Assembly (NCBI GenBank): GCA_020341815.1
Contig: CP070837.1
Span: 1,236,575 to 1,300,574 of the forward strand
Origin: Candidatus Omnitrophota bacterium
GTDB taxonomy: Bacteria > Omnitrophota > Gorgyraeia > JAFGHF01
Direction of reading: 5' to 3'
Length of the DNA: 64,000 nt
Notes under the pieces: model-generated
The model's input: only the letters and a program-made list of their open reading frames with translations
The model's database searches: none
What the model was told of the DNA's origin: nothing
Part shown: positions 43,501 through 55,500 of the stretch, piece after piece
Numbering within the stretch: the stretch's first letter is position 1
How the letters are laid out: every line of letters starts with the position of its first letter
Made by a program: the position numbers and the translations under genes

Positions 43501-46500
43501 GAAAAAAAAGTAACGGAGACAATCGCAGACTGTCTACAGAAAGGACATTTTGTAAGATTTGATACCATTGCAAAAATGACAGATGTCAAAGTCAATGAGG
43601 TTATGATTATTGCGTCAAAGAGATATCCCAGGCAAAATATAAAGGAAGATGGGATTTGCAGTAAGTCCTATCCGGGCGATAGAAGGGTATCTTCATATGA
43701 AAAATGGTATATAAATTATATTATAAAAAAAGAAGGAGGATGTCCACTAGAGATAGATAAATTTGTGAATCTGACAGAGGAAGGCTTTTATTTCGGGTTA
43801 AAAGAAAAAAATAAGGAACCTCATCAGGGCATCGAAGGTTTTTATGTAGATGGCAAATATCTAAAAGCCAAGAAGGTTTATTATATATCTTCCCCAGTGA
43901 ATAACGCTTTTGTGAAAAAAGGAAATGGTTCTACTTATTTATCCGCCTCGCCGGTGGATAAGTTGAGACCCCGCGCGTCAATCTCCCGATATATTTTAGA
44001 AGGAGAGGTAAACATAAGCCTTTTAAATTATAACTTTCTTATAACTCTTGCACCAGTCCTACCATTGCCATGTTTTGAACTTTACACATTACGCTTTGTG
44101 GATAGAGATGACAAATTCCAAAAGACAGCAGCCGAGATTGAAATATATATTCCTTTTGAAAGACAAGAAGAAATAGGACAAAAGAAAGAAATAGAGATTA
44201 GAGGGTTTGAGATAATGGCCCCTTATTTGCGGAAATCATTAGCTAAATATTTTCTCGTTGTATTTTTAGAAATTTTAGATAAGTATTCTCTTTTTAATAA
44301 TTGTAATTTTAAGAGAGTTAATATAGTGGGCCATCCTTTATTGGCCAAGGAATTACTGGAATTCGGCTTTGAACCTATTGATAAAGAAACACCAATATAT
44401 CTTGATATGGGAAAAACAGGAGAGCATATTTTCGTTTATATACCCAATGATAGTATAAAGGAGAGGCTTGTTTTACCTCCAAATAGTTGTATTAAGTTCC
44501 TTGAAGAAGAGCCCGGCGATAATTATATAAAATTATTTGTCGATACGCCTTATTATTTATCTAACAGCACCAAGATGGACGAGAGATATGAAACGCTTAT
44601 TAAAGAAATTAAGCTTTCTTCTATAGAAGAAGGTAAGGAATGCTTATCTTTTAAACTAAACTCTAAAAGGGAGCCTTATTTTGCAATACTTACTGTTTTA
44701 AGATGTTGGTTAGAAGAAATGGATATTTGTAACAGAAAACATTCTGAGGGGCTGCAACGTTATGCAGCACTAATTGCACAAGAGATGAGATTGAAACCTG
44801 AGGAATGTAAAGCAATGGTGATAGGGGCATTATTGCACGATATAGGTAAAAGAAATATCCCAGAAGAAATCCTTTTAAAGCCCGGAGAGCTCAATAAAGA
44901 AGAAGAAACTATAGTGCATGAGCATTGCGTGGAAGGCTTGGCAATGATTTTGGGAGAAAAAAACTTTGAGTGTATAATTCCCTTTATGACTACAAAATAT
45001 AAAATTAGAAAGCGCATATTTATATATAACCTTCTGCAAATAATTCATGATTGCATTTTGCATCATCATGAACGTTATGCAGGAGAAGGTTATCCTGCAG
45101 GAGGAAAAAGAGGTAAGGGCATTCCTTTGGCAGCACGAATTATAGCAGTTATAGATCACTTTCATACCTTAATTTCATTAAGGCCATTTAAGCAAGCATT
45201 ATCTTTGGAAGAAGCATTAGAAAAATTAAGGGAGGAAAAAGGTAAGAAGCTGGATCCGGATATAGTAGACCGTTTTATAGAAATTATTAAACAGACTGGA
45301 ATAATTGATTGCTGGGATACGGATATGTGGTGGAGGCCTCGCAGAAATACTAAAAGACATTCTTTAACAAAACTTTTCCATCCTGCGCATTTCCTAATGG
45401 ATGGCACTTCTGCTTCTCTTGTTTCCGCCTCGCCGGTATCTCATGATGTATATGCTGCGGCGGTACATATCCTTGGTTTAAACATAGGGGAGTTAACCAA
45501 AGAGACAGCATGCGAATTTCTTCTCAAATTTTTCCAAACAGAAGATGGAAACATTAGAGAAATAAGAGGTATTCTAAGTTTTAGGGATAAGGATAGCAAA
45601 GAAATAGAAATTACAGATCTAATAAAAGCTATAGAACAGACAGGCCTTGATTCTTTCTATCGTCTTCTGGTTAGGGATCTTGCTGCCATTACCGTGATTA
45701 ACAGTAGTGATAAACAAATAGAATTTTACAGGAAGTATGTCGTTCTGCTGAAATATTGGGAGACATCCTCAAAGGAGGATATAAAGAATGAATGTAAACA
45801 ATGTATGGATGAGATATGTAGGTATTATTTATCTAAAGAGGTACAAAGGCGAAGTGAGAAATTTAAATATGAACATTTTTCCTATCGTGTTCCAATTAAG
45901 GATGACTTGATAACACAGCTTTATGAGTCTTACGATGTTTTAGACGATTTAGTGAAGATGTTGTTTTTAGAGTATATTAAACGCACAAAGGAGTTTCCTC
46001 ATTTTGAGACACTTAGTGAAGAAGATATTAAAAACAAAACTTTAGTTATACTATTTTATCCTTGCGAAGAGAGAGAGCTAAATAGAGGAATTTTACCTCC
46101 CAATATTTTTTCTCTCGCTAACAGTATGGTGGCAGAAGATATCAATGTAGTTTTAGCGCCTATGCCGACCAGACTTGCAGAGAAAAACTTTGCCTATAGG
46201 TATTTAAATACAATAAATGCCTATTTAGATCTAAGAGATGTATATAGTGGCCATCCGGTTATGTATGCATGGATGAATATGCTTGTCGGCAGGTATATGC
46301 GAATTTTTAAACAGTTAGGTATGGAAGAAAAAGAAATCCGTATAAAGTTTAATTTTGGTGTATCAATGTTAGATTCTACTTATCCCGATGGCCTGGCTCT
46401 TAATGAGATGTTAAAGCAAAAATTCCCTGAGTCTAAGGTTTATGTAGGTGGGCCTACTGTATCAGCCGAGCCAGAATTGGCGTTTAAAGAAATGTTTGAA

Positions 46501-49500
46501 AAAGTTCCCCATAACCCAAATTTTTTGATAAATGGAGAAGCAGAGATTGTATTCCCCTATGTAGTGAAAACGTTAAATAATTGCAATGGGGCAGAAAAAT
46601 TGGAAGATTCTATTATTCAGAAATTATCCGGATGCCATGGTCTTGCGCTTAAGTTTGGCGGAAAGATATCTACTTTTAGATTTAAAGAAAAAAATATGAT
46701 CAATGAAGAAACGATGAATGGATTACCTTTCTTTCCGGAAATTATCGCTGATGATTCCGCAATTTATTATGTTCCTGAAAGGGGATGCCGACACAATTGT
46801 TTCTTTTGTGCGCGGATCACATCGCATAAAGTGCGTATGTCCAGCGCCGATAAAATATTAAGTGATTTAAGGATGATGGATAGAGCTATAGGAGAGTTTA
46901 GACAGACGCTTTTAAAGCGTATAAAAGATAAAGATATGCTGTGGCTATTTGAATTTCCTTTTAATGTTGAAGATAGAGTTTCGATTTTTGAAATTTCTCT
47001 AGTTTTGTTAAATATATTTGAGAATTTAGGAGAAAAAGGAGAAAACATAATCCCGAATAAGTATACCGAACTAATACAAAAATGGGACAGAGACGGAAAT
47101 ATTGAGAGAATAAAGCTATCTTACAAAAGAGCCGGTGATGATATATTTGAAAAATTACAAATTATTATAAATGAAACAGCCGTAAACTTTAGTATGCATG
47201 AGAAGGTGCATATTGATATTGATGATAATAGTTTTTTGCATGATAAGTTTATAGCGATAAAGGTGCTTAAGGATTTAATAGATAAACCTTTACAGCATAT
47301 CCGGGTTAAAAGATTCCAGGCTCATGTAAAAGATTTTAATACACCAACGGGAGAGCCCGATGAAGAAATTGCTGATGTTATAAGAGAAGTTCTTAATGAA
47401 GAGGATGAAGGAGTAATTTTGGGTCTAGAAAGTGGAAGCAACAGGGCTTTAGCCGATTGGTGCAAAGATTTTGATTGGGAATACGCCCGGCAGCGTATTT
47501 CCTGGCTCGATAAGAAAGTCAAGGTTTTTATAAATCTGATTATTTCAAGACTTGAAAGCAATCCTCAGGAAATTATTGAATCTCTAGGCAACATTGCATT
47601 ATTACTTTTAGATACAGAAAATGTAAAGATAACATATGTATCTTTTCTTATGCCTCTTCGTGGCTCATCAGCAGGTAAAAGATTTAACGAAAATAAGCAT
47701 AAAGGAATTAAACCTTTTAGATTTATGGATCGTTATTTAGAGAAACAAATATATTTCTATGAGTTTCCCGATGATGAGGTAGTGAGAAATGTTCTTCCAA
47801 GCAATTATGAAGATTTAGCTAATTGCATGTATTATATAAAAAGCAAGAAAGAAATCATAGCGACCTTTAAGAAAGTTATGACACTTTTAATGGAGGAAGC
47901 TAAGTTAACTCATCACAAGGATCTACGAAAGATAGAGAAGATATATTTTAAGAAGATACAGAGGCTTGAGCAATATTTAGCTAGCAGCCCTGTAGAGATT
48001 ATAGAGGAATGTCTTGTTAGTTCTGAAAACAGTTCGCCGGTGGATTCAAATAAAGAAAGTAAATTAGGCCTCGAAGTGCCTATTTTTGTGTATGGTATCT
48101 TGGATGGTGCTTTATCTATTGGAAACGTAGAACGATATTGTGATAAGTTGAAAATATTGTTAAAAGAAGATGAACGTATTGTTGAGGTGAAATTTGGCTA
48201 TGATGTGAATGACTACAAGTTTTCAAATTTTATAAAATTTTTCAAGGAGGCACAATCTCTTTCTCCGGAAGGCGCAATAATTTCTATTATGGGTAGGTGG
48301 TATGAACATTGCGTAAAAACTGCCTGTCAAAATGCAGCGGAATTGGCAGAGGATTCAAATTTCCCTATATTTATCATTCTTATTGAAACATATATAGAGA
48401 CTATGTTATCTCGATATTCATTGGCACAAAATAGAATAAAAAAGGGTTTAATTGAGATTGATAAAACTAAAGGAATAAATTTTATTGTTTTTGTTAATGA
48501 CGAAGTAAAAGAATGCAATCCACATATATATAAAGATAAAAACCCCATAATTATAGATATTTATTCAAACGAAAAACAATTTTCTTTGCATGATTTCCTT
48601 ATGAGAATTAAGGCATGGCGCGAGAAAGATCTTTATTGGCTAAGGCAAGAAAAAAAGCCTGAGTTTTTATCCGATGAGACGACCAAAGAATCTATTGAAA
48701 GTGCTGAATTTAATGCATTAGTTAAAGACCCTTTTATTTCCAAAACAAAATCAAACTTTAAAGGTAACTTATCTGTTTTTAAGCAGATGTGCGCGAAGGC
48801 TTTAGTAGAAAGGATAAAAATAGTTTTAAGGGGTGTGCCTTTAGAAAAACTGCCTAATTTTACTCTGGATGATTTATACGAGGAATTAAAAGAAATATAT
48901 AACTCAAATACAGATAAAGCAAATAATCGAAAGAAAAAAAATTCTTTCATTATACGCATAGAGAACATGCTGAAATTAGCCGATCCACCCGATACTTCCT
49001 GGATAAAAATAAAAAAAGAAATTATGCTAGAAAAAGCAAGACAATTATATCCTCCTGTTCGACAAAACAGGGAAATTATCAAACAATTAAATGACTTATT
49101 GCCTTATATAAAATATAAGAATGAAGGAGCAACTTTTAGGAAGATACTAAAAATAAGAGTAAAGGAATTGTTAAAAAATAACCCCTATATGCTCGAAAAT
49201 AAAATAAGAGCTCAAATAACAGAAGATTTATCTCTTCCGGAAAGGATTAGCCAGCAGAGATTTTATGAATGGTTAATACCGTTGGGCGGTCTTAAGCAAT
49301 TGCGCGCTGAGGCATTATATGAAATATTGGAAGAAATAACTGCAAAAAGACAAGAACAAGAAGCCTTTAGTCTGGATAGATTTTTTTATATATTTGCTGG
49401 ATTGGGATTGTTTGGCGAATATCATATAACTAAAAAAAATTTTCTTAAAAAGATAAATAATTTATTAATCAGATTAAATACATCTTTTGAAGAAACAGTA

Positions 49501-52500
49501 GGAAAAAATAATGTTTCCAACTCACCGATTGGAAAAGAGGTAGGGCCCGGGATTTCTTCACCGGTCAATAGAGCTGAAATTAAAAAGTTCCGGATAAGAA
49601 AAAGGCAGAGAAGAGCATTCCTGCATAACTTAGTTAAGAAGTTTCCTTGTCTTAAAGTTATATATTTGCTTGAAGATGAGAGGAAAGCCTTAGAGGTAAC
49701 AATAGATAGTTTCTTGAAGAAAATAGATATCTATCTATCAAAGCTCGAAAGCAATTTTAATAATTATAAAGTTGGGAAGGGAGAAGACAAGGAAAACAGT
49801 AAAGAATTAGTTAGGAATAACATTAAATCAATACTTGATAGTATAGACGATCATTTTGCCGATTGCCGGATTATAGAAGGTGTAGTTTTTACAACATTAG
49901 GCCATTTTTTAGCAAATAGTTTAATTGCTTTATCCGGAGCTTTGCATCTTAATGAAGAAGAAAAACAATTTTATCAGGATTTTACACAGATAATCTCACA
50001 ATTAAAATTATTAAAATCTGCTTCAGTAATTCTTGTAAAAGAATTTGGAACTATAAGACATATTGAATTAGATGCTACTGTTTCAGTTGATTCCTGCGGG
50101 AAAAGGATAGAAATACCGGGTGCCTATTCCAGCTTCACCACATATATCAGGCAACTTCCTTCTAAGTTTCTTCTGCGTAATATTTCTCCTAATCTTACTG
50201 TTAGAGCACTGGGGCAGTTGGGAAATATCTATTTAAATCCGCTGGAAAAGGATAAATTAACTCAATTTGCAGAAGATATGCGAGCTATTATAATTTGTAT
50301 TTATGAAAACTTAGCTTTAATCCATGCTCCCCCCGTGAAGAAGTCTAATGCCGAAACCTTCCCTATAATTTTCTGCAACCCAAGAAAATCCCCATCTTAC
50401 AATAAGAACCTTTCACTAAAATCAGCCAAGCAAGACCTGCCGTTGCTAAAAGCCGCCTTCTATCTACTTTCTCACAGAGATAAGTCTTATTTGAATTTTG
50501 GTTTGAAGACCATACTTGAGGCTCTGGAAGCTTACCGCTCAGAATCAACACAAGAAGACAGAATGCGCAGGCTGGTTAAGGTGCTTAAGGCCCGCACGGG
50601 TGGCAATATTCAAGCCGCCGCCTCGCCGGTTAATTTTGACTGCCAAAGTAGCAAAAATAGAACCGTCCCCTTTTCCTTGCAAGGGACTTGTGGTGAGCGA
50701 GCGAAAGTGAGTCGAACCACCGCCTCGCCGGTTTCTCCATTGACATTTAGTTCTAAAAAACAACTATTAACTACATACATGATGCTTTTATCTAGGCAAA
50801 TGGCTTTTAATCATTCCAAATCAGAATTATCACAACTAAAAGAGATTTGGAAAAAGTTCTTTAATAACTTAATAGTCAATATAAATAAACAAATTTTCAA
50901 TAAAGCATTTATACCTACTAAGCAATTTCTTGATAAATGCATCAAAATAGAATCCATCGATAGTTTAATAACTATGTTCTGTAATCGCCAATTAGTGCCT
51001 TTTCATGGTAAATACGCTTCCCATTATAGCTATGTAGATAATATTTTAGAGAAAATAAAAACAGCAAATAATTTTTCCGATACCTGTAAGATTATGTTTA
51101 TGTTTTCAGATAACCCAGAACATATCAGTTGCGTCTATATCGATTTTATCGAAATTAATTATTACTTTATGGAAATATTGACTGATGATGAATGGGCTGC
51201 GATTTGCACCCATGAATTAGCACATAAAAAGAAAAATCATTTTGAACAATTGTTAAAACTTAAATGTACACATAAAGGCGCTCTTACTAGAAATAGTGAA
51301 ACATGGAAGAATTTTATAAGAAAGATACAGATTGAAGCCGATAAATTTGGTTTGGAGTATGCAATAAAAGCAGGATATAGGCCTGAAGGAGCAGTTACTC
51401 TGTTAAAGAGAGACCTCGAATATTATCTAAGAAAAGAGGAATATCCCCAGTGGTTAATGAAAGATAGCATAGAGATAGAGTCTATACGTGTATTAAAAGA
51501 TAGAATCGAAGCTCTAAAGAAGCACCCTTCGTTATCTCATCTTGCCGCCTCGCCCGCCACAAAGCTTGGCGAGACTTCGTTGCTTCGCTCCAGCTTGCCG
51601 GTGGATTTAGTTAGCCGGTTCCCTTTGATGTTAATGAGACTGGAAGGATATGACTTCTTTTTGTTCATCAAAGGTAATTTTGAAGCGCGGAAAGATATCC
51701 ATCCTGCCCAAAAGGAGAGGTACTTCTTCTATAAGTGCCCAGGCAATGCGTATTTTAAGCCTGTATTTGCCAATAGTCAGATAAGCGGTTTTGAGGATGT
51801 AAGCAACCCCTCCTCCGGAAACACCTCTAATTTCATAAATTTTGTCAGAAGGAGTTTGCTTAAACCCCAGAGCCCTGCCCAGATTAAGGGGCAGCATAGT
51901 GATGTCTGCTCCAGAGTCAATATACATAGGAGTTTCTATTTTCTTTTGATTAACTTCAAGAATTACTGTGGCAATTGGGCGGAGGATTTTGCCCCAGTGC
52001 AAGGATGGCTGGCGTTCGTATTTAAAACGGATCATCTTTCGGTTATTAGAACGAGTAATCGTTGGTCAGGGACCTTGGCTACAAAGGGAATCTTATGGGG
52101 GTATTTTCTTCTTGCCGCCTTAAGCATTTCTTCAATATTGGTCCCCGTAGCCACAGGATTGCCCTCAATTATAACTACATATTGGTTAATAAGCTTATCT
52201 TTATTTAGCTTAATATATGCTTGTAAATTCTTATCCATTCTCTCTTTCTCCAAGAGCAAATATAACACACCGCCGACATTAAGTCAACAGAGAATTTTTT
52301 CAACTTTGTTAAGACCGGCAGGCAGGCATCGTTCATCGGTTGAAGATAAAATACTATCGACCAACGACCAACGACCATCGACTATCGAATCTGCCGTTTA
52401 CGCTGAGCAAGGCCGAAGTGCCTCGCCGGTGAAGGATGACCGGAACAAGATCGGCTATAGCCTTTATGATCGGGAGCTGCGCAGGTTGTATTTAAACCGC

Positions 52501-55500
52501 GGTTGCAGTTATATTAGTCCTAAGGACATTAGAGAGGAAAAGAATTTTTATGAAAAATGGAGAGAAAGCCAAAAAGTACCACGGATTGAAGACAATCAAA
52601 AACTCAGCTTAGTAAAGAGTACCTTGCTTCCAAGAGAATTAGGGGAATGGACTTTAGAGTTTCCCATTGGAACTCTTGACAGTTTTTCTGTAATTATTAG
52701 AGCATTTGGAGGAAATGTTGTAGCTGTTGTGGAAGATGAAAAAAGAAGAAAAACTTTAATAAAATACAATGAGAAATACGATAAGTCGATTGCGAAGTTA
52801 AAAGGAGGAGTTTTATACGATGTCCTTATAGGCCGAATTGATTCAGCGGAAATTGAACAAACTTTAAAAAAGATTATTCAAAAACAAGGTAAGTTCAAAA
52901 ATATAATTAATTTTGGGAGAAATTCAATAAATAGAGCTTTTGCTAATTGCGCAGATTTTAAATCATCTGGAGGATTCTATTGGTTTGATGTGCAATTTAA
53001 TCTGAAAAATTTTGAACTGGATTGCAGTAATAAATGGATAAGATTTATATTGAGATGGATATTCTGGAGGCATGGTTTCGGAGTTAAAGAACTTATTAAT
53101 TTGCCCAGTCCCAACATGCCTGATTTTCTGTATAAAGCCTGTCTTATTAGATTGAAGGATGATAAACCTAGTAAGACTGCAATAATTTCTTCTCCTGCAA
53201 GCAACCGAAAAGAAATTGATCCTTTGATTCAAGATTTAAGAGGTGACAGAAAAAATGATGGTTCTATTGCTCTCGCCTCGCCGGTGAGGATGAAAAATGA
53301 CTCTGGCCCCATTTTTACTACTTCCTCGCCTGTGAAACTAAGAAATCTTATTATAGGGATAATTGAGGCATCAAAAAAAAATAACAACGAAGACATATCG
53401 CATTATCGCAAGCTTATTTTAAAAGAAGCAAAAAGCAGACCTGCTGAGGTTTGCAATTTATTACGTACGGGCTTAGGGAGGCCAGAGATCGATAAAATCT
53501 ATTTAACAATAGCTGAATATTTTCGGCGTGATTATGAAGTCATCGGCTCTTTAGTAAAAACATTCGAAGGGGATAATAAAGATTCAATAGCATTCCTCTC
53601 CGCTCAAAAAATCCTTTTAGAAATAGCAGATTTTTCTATTAAAGGTTCTTTTGGCAGGGTTTTTATCGCAATTAGAAAAAGCTTACTTAAAAAATCATCA
53701 TCTCAGCTGGCTAGAGAATTTGTTTATGCGATGATAGAAAGAAAACATGGCAAATTAGTAAGAAGAATGATACCCATTTTTGGCGGTTCAGCTAAAACCA
53801 GAATTATTTTTGAAGATATCTTTTGGGAAAAATTCGAATTATGCGTTTTTCCTTTAGCATCTGCCTTGGGCGATAAAGTTAAAGATACCAGAAGATGCGT
53901 TAAAAATTTCTTTTTAAAGAAAGGAAAAGAATCAAGAGAATCGTATAAACTAATTAAATCGGAGCTGAATAAGGTTCAAAGGAGGTTTGGAAGATTTCCC
54001 AATACAACTATACATGCGCAAAAGGTAATTAACAAAATTAAGATAATTTTGGAAGAATTAGATAAATTTTGGGAGGAGGATTCGCTCCGCCAAAGTGGCT
54101 CGCCGGTGAAGGATGGCCGGAGCAGGATTGAGAGGGAGATGCGTAAGAAGAATAGCCTTTATGATCAGGAGCTGCGCAGGTTGTATCCCGATTTGTCTGT
54201 AGAACGAGAATTTGATGCGTTGAAAAATTTCTTAATTCGTAAAGGGATTATTTTAAAAGATATTGACAATACGCATCTGAGAAAATTAGCAGAATTAACT
54301 TGTGGTGTTGTAGAGAAAAGTTCTTTAGTAGCATTAAGACAGCTCGAGAAAAAAATTCTTAAGTTTAGAGAACAATATATTAATAGGTGGTATTTTAAGC
54401 AAAATACTCTTCTTCTACAAAAAATTGTGTTAGATAGTAGGCTTCCTATAAAGTTAAGGAGAGATGCAGTTCAGCCTATCATAGTGAATTATGATTATGA
54501 GACCTTACAACAAATTAAGCCAATTTTATTAAGAGAAGCATTATTATGTATAAATAAAGAATTTGATTTAAGCAAGGAGAAATTAATTTTTAGAAAATTA
54601 ATTGAAAAAAGCAATATAAAAATAAAAATTTGTATTCTGCCTTATGTATTTTTAGTGAGAGCAGCTCAGGAGTTGATTAGAGCGATGTCATGGGATGCGA
54701 AGGTTGTAATTATAGGAAAAGAGGAATCAAGAGATGGAAAAGTAGAGATAAAAGATAAATTTCCAGGATATCCCATAAAGGATTCTGACAGAAATGACGA
54801 TTGTATTTGTGTTCGTCTTTACACTTCTTGTGTGGGAGATAATATTATGGGAAACATTGGGGATTTTTTTATTAACCCTGATTATTTTAAAGTATCTTCA
54901 CCTGAGCCTGTCCCAGTTAATAGAGTTAAACAGATAGAGAGGGACTTAGGTATAGAAAAAGAAAAGATTATTGTGCTGGGCAGCCTCTCTATTAAAGAGA
55001 TAAGCTTATTTATGTCAGTATGGCATACTTTACCCGTAAAGAAACTTCCTAAGATTATTATTGTTCCTCGTTACGGTTTAGATAGAGAAGAGATTCTCAG
55101 ATTATTTTGTACAGGGTTTAAAAATCCGGTGCTTAAAGTACGCAATAACCCTAAGGCATCTTTTGAAAATATGCAGAAATCCGACATTTTAATAGTAAAT
55201 ACTAAGGGAGAATTACTTGATATTTACTCTATAGGTCATATATGTGGTATTGGGCAGGATCATAATATAACAGAGCCGGCCAGCCAAGGCAAGCCTGTTT
55301 TATATTTTGGAAAATCTTGGAGCGGCGTTAATCAAATAACAAAAGATATTTTAGTGCGGCAAGGAGGGGTGCGAGAGTTTAATCGGGATAATCTAATAGA
55401 ACTGCTGGAGAATGTTAATTTAGTAAAGGCAATGGGCAAAAGAAATATTGGAGGCATAGAGGAAATTAGGGAAAAAATTGTTTTTAGAAATGCAGATAAG

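Noticed and set aside
43960-44600. GNAT acetyltransferase-like domain (FEIMAPYLRKSLAKYFL)
   Set aside because: Only a partial motif A resemblance; too weak to call without a profile search.
54895-54906. SSPE within the GT30-like domain (and TSPE at about 9316) as true linkers
   Set aside because: Acidic residue after the Pro and, for SSPE, a position inside a domain; these may be chance matches.
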